Virus record (IMG/VR): IMGVR_UViG_3300009784_000001
Coordinates: 182,418 to 246,417 of that record
Length of the DNA: 64,000 nucleotides
Source: a virus
Taxonomy: Duplodnaviria; Heunggongvirae; Uroviricota; Caudoviricetes
Direction: 5' to 3' (one strand)
Shown: in pieces, positions 39,378 through 47,608 of the stretch
Position numbering within the stretch: the first letter of the stretch is position 1
How the letters are laid out: each line of letters begins with the position of its first letter
Made by a program: the position numbers and the translations under genes
Notes under the pieces: model-generated
Seen by the model: the letters and a program-made list of their open reading frames with translations, nothing else
The model's database searches: none
What the model was told of the DNA's origin: nothing

Positions 39378-40377
39378 TTTTTTTAATAACTTCTTCAATA
39401 TTTTCAAATATATTTTTTTTATTATAAATTTTATATTTTTGACTTTTTATTAAATATTTTTGATTAAATATATATAATATATTAATTCCATTATTTGAAA
39501 CTAAATTATATTTTAATTCATCTTTTTTAATATTTTTTTCAAATTCATTTTTAGTCCATTCTTCACCTTTTCCTGCAAAATTAACTTCCTCAAAATGCTG
39601 TCTTCCTTGATATTCAATTGCAATATTATAATCTGGGAGATAAAAATCTAATTCAAGAGGATAACTTTTTTCAGCATTTTGTAACCAATCAAATTTACTA
39701 TATTGAATAAAATTAATATTTTCTTCTTGTAGCTTTAATCTAATTTCTTCTTCCATTGTAGTTTCAAAGCATATAGGACAATTAGATTTTTTATTTATAT
39801 GATTATAGGGAGTTTGCCAAAATTCACCATGCTTGGGGCATATTATACAAATTTTTGTTTTATTATTTACATAATTCACCTTTGAGTAATCATATTTATC
39901 CCCATGAACTTGTTTAGCTTTTTCAATAAATTTTTCTCTTGAAAAAGAGAACAATTTTTTATATTTTTCACCTTTACATAAAGGACAATTATATCCTTGT
40001 AAATGACTACCAGGAGTTTGCCAAAATTCACCATGCTTGGGGCATATTATACAAACCTTTGTAATTGAATTAATATAATTCACTTTACTATAGTTATATT
40101 TATACCCATGTATTTTTTTAGCTTTTTCTATAAATTCTTCTTTTGAAGAAGAAAATAATTTACTTAAAAATAATTTGCCACATTTTGAACAGCCTTGTTG
40201 TTTCTCTTTCTTTTTACCTATATGTTGGTTTGGTTCAATAAAAAATTCACCATGTTTTGGACATATAATACATACTTTAGTATGAGAATTTATATATTCA
40301 ACTTTTGAATAATCATACTTATTTCCATGAACTTTTTTGGCTTCTTCTATCCATTCTTCTGTAGTTTTTTTCTTCAT
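39367..40377 (-). CDS. Putative homing endonuclease (3 zinc-binding repeats + Vsr-like PD-(D/E)xK nuclease)
   Basis: 3x HG.KY.YSKV.Y.N..TK.CIICPKHGEF; C-terminal LDFYLPDYNIAIEYQGRQHF. Confidence 0.8.
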   Translation of the reverse strand: MKKKTTEEWIEEAKKVHGNKYDYSKVEYINSHTKVCIICPKHGEFFIEPNQHIGKKKEKQQGCSKCGKLFLSKLFSSSKEEFIEKAKKIHGYKYNYSKVNYINSITKVCIICPKHGEFWQTPGSHLQGYNCPLCKGEKYKKLFSFSREKFIEKAKQVHGDKYDYSKVNYVNNKTKICIICPKHGEFWQTPYNHINKKSNCPICFETTMEEEIRLKLQEENINFIQYSKFDWLQNAEKSYPLELDFYLPDYNIAIEYQGRQHFEEVNFAGKGEEWTKNEFEKNIKKDELKYNLVSNNGINILYIFNQKYLIKSQKYKIYNKKNIFENIEEVIKKIRE

Positions 40378-40432
40378 ATTAACGTATTTTCTATATAAAT
40401 ATTAGGATAAATCCAAATATTTAATAAAAAAT

Positions 40433-40460
40433 AAGGGTATTCTAATTAAGATTACCCCTT
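40433..40460 (-). terminator. Intrinsic terminator
   Basis: aagggta...tacccctt imperfect stem after the minus-strand operon. Confidence 0.55.
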
Positions 40461-40461
40461 T

Positions 40462-40761
40462 TTATTGGTAAAAATACCGATATTCATCATTTATAAATGT
40501 TTTTACTGATAAATACAAATATTTCAAAAAATTTATACTATAATACAATGGTTTAGCAACACACATCATATAAATTTCTCTAAAATAATCTTCATTTTTA
40601 TTAGAATTAATATCAATATAATATTCACATTTTATTGGAAGTACATACATTCTATACCAATGAAATTTACAAAAACGAAAATTGCATAATGTACCCTTTT
40701 CCCAATTATGATATTTACATGTATCACAAATATATATTGATTTACCTACTGTAACTTTCAT
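40462..40761 (-). CDS. Small Cys-rich hypothetical protein
   Basis: CDTCK...CNFRFC; part of a tightly packed operon. Confidence 0.6.
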   Translation of the reverse strand: MKVTVGKSIYICDTCKYHNWEKGTLCNFRFCKFHWYRMYVLPIKCEYYIDINSNKNEDYFREIYMMCVAKPLYYSINFLKYLYLSVKTFINDEYRYFYQ

Positions 40762-40766
40762 ATTAT

Positions 40767-41000
40767 TTATTCTTCATCCTCTTCTTCATCTTCATCAAAA
40801 TCACATTCCAGATAATCCAATAAAATAGGATGTATTTCATCAGCTTCAAACCCACAATCTGAAGCAGCATCAAAAACTTGATTTTCAAAATCGTCCATTA
40901 AAGTATTAATAAATTTTCTTTTGAAATCTTTGAATTGTTCTTGTGTTATTAATTCATCAGTTTGAAAATCAATATCAATTGTTCCTGTTATTCTTGCCAT
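40767..41000 (-). CDS. Small acidic hypothetical protein
   Basis: 77 aa, very acidic (C-terminal DFDEDEEEDEE). Confidence 0.7.
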   Translation of the reverse strand: MARITGTIDIDFQTDELITQEQFKDFKRKFINTLMDDFENQVFDAASDCGFEADEIHPILLDYLECDFDEDEEEDEE

Positions 41001-41011
41001 ATTATTATTTG

Positions 41012-41635
41012 TTAATTAAAAAATTTTATTTGTGGTATTGTATAAGTATTTGAAAAGCAGTACCATCCATAAGCTATTGCACTTCCGCCACCTTTAATCA
41101 TTGTTTCAAAATCTCCATTTTTAGCACACATAATTCTTGAAGAAGAAACATATAATGTATCAAGAACTCCTCTATCAAATAATTTTCTTCTGCTTTTTCC
41201 TTCAAGAAATTGTAATTTTAAAAACATCATAACTTTACCATTTCCAATAATATCTAAAGCATGTTCCACAAATTTTTGTGCTAATGAATAAGGAGGGTTA
41301 GTAATTATTGCTTGAATATTATTATCAATAATAAATTGTTTATCAACATCAAAAAAGTCAATTCCACCTTGTCCATATCCTCTATCAATTAAATCAGTTG
41401 ATATAACATTAAATCCATTTTTTTCAAATACTTTTGATAAGTGTCCTTCTCCACAAGAAGGCTCATAAATATTTTTAATGAATCTAAAATCTTCTATTTT
41501 TAATAACCATTCAGCAGCTTCAGGACTGGTAGCATAATAATCTTCATTTTGTCTTTCCTTATCAGTATGATTACTAAATCCACCTGTTTTCCAGATACTG
41601 TTTGAATTTCCTTTCCAATCTTTATTTTCTTCCAT
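41012..41635 (-). CDS. DNA N6-adenine methyltransferase
   Basis: DYYATSP, SAM motif YEPSCGEG, catalytic ITNPPY. Confidence 0.88.
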   Translation of the reverse strand: MEENKDWKGNSNSIWKTGGFSNHTDKERQNEDYYATSPEAAEWLLKIEDFRFIKNIYEPSCGEGHLSKVFEKNGFNVISTDLIDRGYGQGGIDFFDVDKQFIIDNNIQAIITNPPYSLAQKFVEHALDIIGNGKVMMFLKLQFLEGKSRRKLFDRGVLDTLYVSSSRIMCAKNGDFETMIKGGGSAIAYGWYCFSNTYTIPQIKFFN

Positions 41636-41637
41636 AA

Positions 41638-41901
41638 TTATATTTCCTTAAAAAGTATTTCTAATTCTTCTATTCTTTTCTTTGCTTCTTCAATTAATAT
41701 ATCTCTATATCTTATATCATCAAGTATTTTTACAGGATAATTTCTTATAGAATTATGATAAAGAGATATACCATGTTTGTAAATAGAAAATTCTCTTTCT
41801 AATGGATCTTGTTGTAATTCTTCCAATAATTTAAGAGTCTCTTTAGTATCTTCAAGTTCAATATTAATTTCTTGTGCATTTTTAAACTTTAACTTATCCA
41901 T
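41638..41901 (-). CDS. Hypothetical protein
   Basis: 87-aa ORF in operon. Confidence 0.65.
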   Translation of the reverse strand: MDKLKFKNAQEINIELEDTKETLKLLEELQQDPLEREFSIYKHGISLYHNSIRNYPVKILDDIRYRDILIEEAKKRIEELEILFKEI

Positions 41902-42247
41902 TTTTATTTTCTATTAATTCATTTAAATAATCTATTGCTACTTTTAATCCATCTTCAAATGCTTCTTCATAATTAGAATAACCACCTTTATATTTTTCAA
42001 AGAAAATACTCTCATTTAATGCTCTTACTTTCCAATATTCAAAATATTGTACTTCCCATTCATATTCCCATTTAAAATTTCTATCTTCATGAAGTATTTT
42101 TTTATTATCATCAGCATATTCAAGAGAAGGATAAATAATTAATTGAATATTATATTTGTTTCTCAGCCATTCTCGAAAAAATGATTCAGAAGTTATTCCA
42201 TAATCTTTTATAATATCTTTTCTTATATCTTCTTCTGTTATTTTCAT
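41894..42247 (-). CDS. Hypothetical protein
   Basis: WLRNKYNIQLII...YSNYEEAFEDGL, a common phage small-protein pattern. Confidence 0.7.
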   Translation of the reverse strand: MKITEEDIRKDIIKDYGITSESFFREWLRNKYNIQLIIYPSLEYADDNKKILHEDRNFKWEYEWEVQYFEYWKVRALNESIFFEKYKGGYSNYEEAFEDGLKVAIDYLNELIENKNG

Positions 42248-42257
42248 ATTTTTAATA

Positions 42258-42833
42258 TTAAAATGGTAATTCTAGTGGTATTATTATTTCTTTAACATCT
42301 CCTCCAATATTATTAATAAGTGGTATTATACATTCAATTGCAGTTTTAGGAGAAGCTCCATTAGCCATTGCTCCCATAGCATATTCTTCACCACAACCCA
42401 TTGCAAAAAAATTTTTAGTAAGAATACTTACTTCAAATGGTTTATCATCATAAAAAACAATATTATATATAACACCATTAATAACAAATATTATTTCAGC
42501 TTCTAAATCATAATAACCATATTTATTTTTAGAATATTCATAAAAATTTAAATATGAATTTACCATTTCTTTCACAATTTTTGCTAATTCAACTGGCTCA
42601 TATATTTCATCTATTCTTTCTATATATGTTCTTTCTTCTTCACTTTCAGATGATGCTAATAAATAAGTTATATAATTTTTAAATCTACATTCACCAATAA
42701 AACAAACAACAAAATCACCAAATAAAAATATTTTTTGTGATTTGTCTGACATTATTTTATCACCTCTTAATGAAATTGAATCTGAAGCTATTTCTATTTC
42801 AAAATCATATCTTCTTATTGCTACTACACTCAT
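42258..42833 (-). CDS. Ntn-hydrolase (HslV/proteasome beta-like) protease
   Basis: N-terminal SVVAI...IASDS, K~33, FAMGCGEEYAMGAM..GAS...A. Confidence 0.7.
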   Translation of the reverse strand: MSVVAIRRYDFEIEIASDSISLRGDKIMSDKSQKIFLFGDFVVCFIGECRFKNYITYLLASSESEEERTYIERIDEIYEPVELAKIVKEMVNSYLNFYEYSKNKYGYYDLEAEIIFVINGVIYNIVFYDDKPFEVSILTKNFFAMGCGEEYAMGAMANGASPKTAIECIIPLINNIGGDVKEIIIPLELPF

Positions 42834-42880
42834 ATAATTTTAAACTTTTATCTATTTATTTACAAAGATATTATTTTTTA

Positions 42881-43414
42881 ATGTTACAGCAAAAAAAAAT
42901 AGAAAAAAATTTTTCAACTAAAAATACAAAACAAAAAGTTTCAAGAAAAAAAAGAGGTAAAAATTTTACTCCCATACGAAAAGAAGTTGAATTTTGGGTA
43001 TATCAAAAATACAAAATATCAAAACAGGATGATATAACCAGACAAAATTTAGATGTTACATCAAGTAAATTAGAATTTCTTTTCAAAGAACAATTTTTAG
43101 ATAAATTAGGATTGAAATATATTCATCAATTTTATTCACCTATTGGTTTTATATATGATTTTGCTATATTATCTAAAAATGAAAAACAAATTCAGTTACT
43201 AATTGAGGTGGACGGTGATTACTTTCATACAAATCCTAAAAAATATCCAAATGGACCAATCTATGAAAATCAGAAAAGACAAGTAAAACGAGATGAAGAA
43301 AAGAATAAATGGGCTGCCTTCAACAACTTTGTTTTATTGCGTTTCTGGGAAAACGATATACACAATAATCCAAAAAAAGTGATGAATGAATTAAAAAGAA
43401 GAATAGATTTATAA
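42881..43414 (+). CDS. Vsr/DUF559-like endonuclease
   Basis: SKLE..F, YDFAI...LIEVDGDYFH, RDEEKNKWA...LLRFWENDI. Start moved to ATG 42881, downstream of TATTTATT at 42853. Confidence 0.8.
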   Translation: MLQQKKIEKNFSTKNTKQKVSRKKRGKNFTPIRKEVEFWVYQKYKISKQDDITRQNLDVTSSKLEFLFKEQFLDKLGLKYIHQFYSPIGFIYDFAILSKNEKQIQLLIEVDGDYFHTNPKKYPNGPIYENQKRQVKRDEEKNKWAAFNNFVLLRFWENDIHNNPKKVMNELKRRIDL

Positions 43415-43430
43415 AAATGAGTAAAAAAAA

Positions 43431-43955
43431 ATGAGTAAAAAATTAACAACAGAAGAATTTATTGAAAGAGTAAAACAAATCCATGGAAATAGGTATGAAT
43501 ATTCAAAAGTTAAATATGAAAATACAAATGCCAAAGTATATATCATTTGTCCTATTCATGGAGAATTTTGGCAAAATCCAAAAGACCATTTGAATGGAAG
43601 TGGATGTCCATCATGCAATCAATCAAAATTAGAAGAAAAAATAAAAAGAATTTTTGAATTTAAAAAGATTAAATATGAATGGAGATACAAAAAAGTTGAA
43701 TGGCTAAAAAATAAAAAATCATTAGAATTAGATTTCTATCTCCCAAATTACAATATCGCTATCGAATGTCAGGGTGAACAACATTTCAAACCATTAGGAT
43801 ATTGTGGCGGAATTAAAAAATTTGAATATACTTTGAATAATGATAGAATAAAGAAAGAATTATGTGAAAAGAATAATCTTCCCTTATATTACATAAATTA
43901 TAATGATGATGTGGAAGAAAAAATGAAAGAAATATTGAATAATATATTGAATTAA
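43431..43955 (+). CDS. Putative homing endonuclease (1 zinc repeat + Vsr-like nuclease)
   Basis: ICPIHGEFWQ..., LDFYLPNYNIAIECQGEQHF. Confidence 0.8.
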   Translation: MSKKLTTEEFIERVKQIHGNRYEYSKVKYENTNAKVYIICPIHGEFWQNPKDHLNGSGCPSCNQSKLEEKIKRIFEFKKIKYEWRYKKVEWLKNKKSLELDFYLPNYNIAIECQGEQHFKPLGYCGGIKKFEYTLNNDRIKKELCEKNNLPLYYINYNDDVEEKMKEILNNILN

Positions 43956-43981
43956 TTATATTTTATGTAAAATTTAAAAAA

Positions 43982-44695
43982 GTGAAAACAACTCTATTTA
44001 TTTCACATTACATCTTTGAGGAAAATGAAAAATCATTTCAAAGATTTGTTCCTGAAAATCAAAAAAAGGAAGATTATAATTTAAATATTAAATTAAAAAT
44101 AGATTCTTTAAATGAAAAGGGACAAGAAGTAAGTGAAGATATAGACCATATATTGTGGAATTTTAGTGGATATGAAAATCAAAGTGAAGAAATAAATAAT
44201 TATTTGAAAGCAGATAAACAATTTATTGAAACATTGAAAAATAATGAAAATTTTGATTATTTATCAGATATAAAATTGGAATATGATAAAAATGAAGAAT
44301 TAGAAAAAAAAGTATTATCCCCAATTCCTGTTACAATGTATAATCCAAAAGGAAAGGAATTGCAATTAGGAAATTTAATTGAATATTATAAAAATAATTG
44401 TGATTTCCCTTTTCTTATGAAAATAGATTTTGAAAATATTGATATGGATGCTGAAATTCAATTTAATATATGGGTAAGATTAACTAGAAAGCTATTATCA
44501 ATACCAAATGGTATAATGCCAATGAATGAAAAAATTAAAAAATTACCTATAAAAGATTTGAAATTTGAAACAATAAATAATTATGGAACAATAACAGCAG
44601 GCTATTTAAAAGGTTGTAAAATAATTGAAAAACTATCCATTAATAAATATATTATCTATGTAAATAATATTATTTTTGTTGCTAACAATAAATAA
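43982..44695 (+). CDS. Hypothetical protein
   Basis: 237-aa ORF, GTG start; no motif recognised. Confidence 0.65.
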   Translation: MKTTLFISHYIFEENEKSFQRFVPENQKKEDYNLNIKLKIDSLNEKGQEVSEDIDHILWNFSGYENQSEEINNYLKADKQFIETLKNNENFDYLSDIKLEYDKNEELEKKVLSPIPVTMYNPKGKELQLGNLIEYYKNNCDFPFLMKIDFENIDMDAEIQFNIWVRLTRKLLSIPNGIMPMNEKIKKLPIKDLKFETINNYGTITAGYLKGCKIIEKLSINKYIIYVNNIIFVANNK

Positions 44696-44696
44696 A

Positions 44697-45587
44697 ATGA
44701 GCAAAAGAAAAACAACAGAAGAATTTATTCAAGAAGCAAAATTAATACATGGGAATATATATGATTATTCTAATGTTGAATATGTAAATTGGAAAACGAA
44801 AGTTTGTATAATTTGTCCAGAACATGGTAAATTTAATCAAATAGCATTAGGTCATTTACAAGGACAAGGCTGTCCTAAATGTGGAGGTACAAAAAAATTA
44901 ACAACAAACGAATTTATCAAAAAAGCTATATTAAAATATGAAAATAAATATGATTATTCAAAGGTAAATTATATTAATAATAAAACAAAAGTGTGTATTA
45001 TTTGTCCTATTCATGGTGAATTTTGGCAAACTCCAAATAATCATTTAACTGGTTATGGATGTGATAAATGTGGTAATTCATATAATTATACAACAGAGGA
45101 ATTTATTGAAAAGGCTAAAAAAGTTCAGGGTGATAAATATAATTATTCAAAAGTAAAATATGAAGATATTAAGAAAAAAATATATATAATCTGTCCAGAA
45201 CATGGTAAATTTTTACAAACTCCTGATAAACATTTACGAGGGCAAGGTTGTCCTTTTTGTAATAAATCTAAATTGGAAAATAGAGTTAGTAGTTTATTAG
45301 AAAATATAAATTATATTTATCAATATAAACCATTGTGGCTAAAAAATGGAAAAGGGCAAAAAAGCATTGATTTCTATCTTCCAGATTATAATATTGCCAT
45401 TGAATGTCAAGGAAAACAACATTTTGAACCTATTAATTGGTTTGGAGGAATAGAAACATTAAAAGGAATACAAGAAAGGGATAAATTAAAGAAGGAATTA
45501 TGTAAAAAGAATAATCTTCCTTTATATTATATAAACTATAATGATAATGTGGAAGAAAAAATGAATAAAATTTTAAATAATAAATAA
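44697..45587 (+). CDS. Putative homing endonuclease (3 zinc repeats + Vsr-like nuclease)
   Basis: 3x ICP.HG.F.Q...HL.G.GC..C; IDFYLPDYNIAIECQGKQHF; start MSKRK at 44697. Confidence 0.8.
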   Translation: MSKRKTTEEFIQEAKLIHGNIYDYSNVEYVNWKTKVCIICPEHGKFNQIALGHLQGQGCPKCGGTKKLTTNEFIKKAILKYENKYDYSKVNYINNKTKVCIICPIHGEFWQTPNNHLTGYGCDKCGNSYNYTTEEFIEKAKKVQGDKYNYSKVKYEDIKKKIYIICPEHGKFLQTPDKHLRGQGCPFCNKSKLENRVSSLLENINYIYQYKPLWLKNGKGQKSIDFYLPDYNIAIECQGKQHFEPINWFGGIETLKGIQERDKLKKELCKKNNLPLYYINYNDNVEEKMNKILNNK

Positions 45588-45591
45588 AAAT

Positions 45592-46935
45592 ATGGAAACA
45601 CAAAGAGAGAAATATATAAAAATGCTGAATGAAAGCAAAAAAATGATGCAAGATACCATTGATGAAACTAATACAATTAAAGCTACAAATCCAAATAAAA
45701 AGGTAGCTGATCAAGAACATTTTAAAATAATTGATAATATGTTAGATGAACAATTAACAAATACAGGTGTAAATGTTCCAAAAAAAGAAATAAATAAAGG
45801 TACTTCATCATATATTGAACCTGTAAATAGTGCAGTAACAGGTATTTCAAAAGAAGAAAACGATAAACAAACAAGAAAAGTAGCTGAAAAAAATAAAGTT
45901 GAAAAAGAAGATAAAGTTATTAAAAGAGAAATACCTGAGAATGAAAAAAAAATAATTGAAAAAATGAAAGAACAGGAAAATATAAAAGTTGTTCCTGTTT
46001 ATGATGATTTAAAATTCAATATTTCTTCTACTAATAAACAAAAATATGATATTATAAAATTACCTTCTAAAGGTGAATGTTATGCTTCAAAAAAAGGGAG
46101 ATTACCTATAGGATATTTAACATTGGTTGATGAAAATATTATGATTCAACCAAATATTTTTAGAGATAATTTAATTGTTGATATTTTACTTAAAAATAAA
46201 ATTCTTGATTTGAATTTTGATCCAGATTTATTATGTAAAGGAGATAGAGATGCAATTATGTTATTTTTAAGAGCATCAGGATATGGCACAGAATTTCCAA
46301 TTGTAGCTACTGACCCTGAAACAGGAAAAGAATTTGATACCACTGTTGATTTATCTAAAATTAAATATATTGATTTTAAACTTAAAGGAGATAATAATGG
46401 TTGGTTTGATTATACTTTGCCAAAATCAGGTGATTTAATTAAGTTCAATTTCTTAAATAGAATTGAAGAAAAGCGTTATTTGTCATTAGTTAAACAAATG
46501 GAAGAAAAAGAAAAAAAGAAATTTGTTGAACATTTAATTAAAGAAATTGATAAATTGGATAAAGATTTAATAGAAGACCAAAATGAACAGGATATTCTTG
46601 ATAAGTTTGTTAATACATTATATCAAATGAAAGGGAGAATTCCTGTAAATGAAACTCCATTCATAGGAAAAGTAGTAAGTGAACTGGTAGTTATGATGGT
46701 GAAAGCTGTAAAACCAAAAGATGAAGATACTTGGATTACAGATTGGGATGAAATAAGAACATATTGTGAAAATATGATTATATCTGATTCACAGAATTTC
46801 ATTAAGTATGTAGATGAAAATGAGCCTGCACTAGATATGAGGGTAACTGTTGAAAAACCAGAGAGTCTTGGAGGAGGCTCTATACAGCCCTTTCTCGATA
46901 TTAATACCCAGTCATTATTTACTAACTTTTTTTAA
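45592..46935 (+). CDS. Tail/baseplate-hub assembly chaperone (gpG-like, T4 gp26-like features)
   Basis: IKLPSKGECY...YLTLVDENI, LCKGDRDAIMLFLRASGYG, VDLS; lies upstream of tape measure. Confidence 0.7.
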   Translation: METQREKYIKMLNESKKMMQDTIDETNTIKATNPNKKVADQEHFKIIDNMLDEQLTNTGVNVPKKEINKGTSSYIEPVNSAVTGISKEENDKQTRKVAEKNKVEKEDKVIKREIPENEKKIIEKMKEQENIKVVPVYDDLKFNISSTNKQKYDIIKLPSKGECYASKKGRLPIGYLTLVDENIMIQPNIFRDNLIVDILLKNKILDLNFDPDLLCKGDRDAIMLFLRASGYGTEFPIVATDPETGKEFDTTVDLSKIKYIDFKLKGDNNGWFDYTLPKSGDLIKFNFLNRIEEKRYLSLVKQMEEKEKKKFVEHLIKEIDKLDKDLIEDQNEQDILDKFVNTLYQMKGRIPVNETPFIGKVVSELVVMMVKAVKPKDEDTWITDWDEIRTYCENMIISDSQNFIKYVDENEPALDMRVTVEKPESLGGGSIQPFLDINTQSLFTNFF

Positions 46936-47155
46936 CCCTTCTTATGAAATTGAGCTATTAAATGAAATTGAAGGTATTCATTCTATTCTTAAATTTTCTA
47001 TGGATGAAATATCATTAATGCCAATCCAAGAAAGAAAATATATGATTATTAGACATAATCAAAGAACAGAAGAAGAAGAAAAAGGAATGAAAAATATGAC
47101 TTCTGGAACAAGTATGCAAGAAGTACAAGATATGGCACAAAATGTTAAAAGATAA
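46928..47155 (+). CDS. Frameshift extension of tail chaperone (gpGT-like C-terminus)
   Basis: Open +1 frame across TTTTTTT at the stop of 45592..46935; MPIQERKYMI motif. Confidence 0.6.
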   Translation, partial: FFNPSYEIELLNEIEGIHSILKFSMDEISLMPIQERKYMIIRHNQRTEEEEKGMKNMTSGTSMQEVQDMAQNVKR

Positions 47156-47185
47156 AGAGTATTATTAATTTAATACTCTTTTTTT
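47154..47185. terminator. Bidirectional intrinsic terminator
   Basis: aaagagtatta-ttaatt-taatactcttt + T run. Confidence 0.8.
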
Positions 47186-47467
47186 TTATGCCAAAAAATA
47201 TGTAGATGAGATATTATTACTTATTGAATGATTATTAAATATATAACCTGTTGTTCCATCAAAATATCTAATTTTCTCTTTTTTTTCTGGGATTAATTTT
47301 ATTATTAATAAAAATAATCCAAGAGCAAGAATAAAGATCAAAATTGCTTTAAAAATAACTTTTAAATATTCCCAAGAAGTTAGGCTACTTCCTTCTGTTA
47401 CATAATATTCAGGAAAAATAATACTTTTACCATTTTCATTTAATGGATTTTTATAAATGTATTGCAT
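47186..47467 (-). CDS. Small membrane protein
   Basis: One TM helix VIFKAILIFILALGLFLLII; own early-type promoter at 47515-47546. Confidence 0.65.
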   Translation of the reverse strand: MQYIYKNPLNENGKSIIFPEYYVTEGSSLTSWEYLKVIFKAILIFILALGLFLLIIKLIPEKKEKIRYFDGTTGYIFNNHSISNNISSTYFLA

Positions 47468-47608
47468 ATTCTTTTTTATTTATTATAATTATCATTAATT
47501 TATCAATCACAATACAAAGATAAGAAATTATATTAATATACACAAGTTTTTAATGTTAAAAAAACATAAAAAATTATATTTATACCTATATAAAGAAAAT
47601 ATAGAAAA

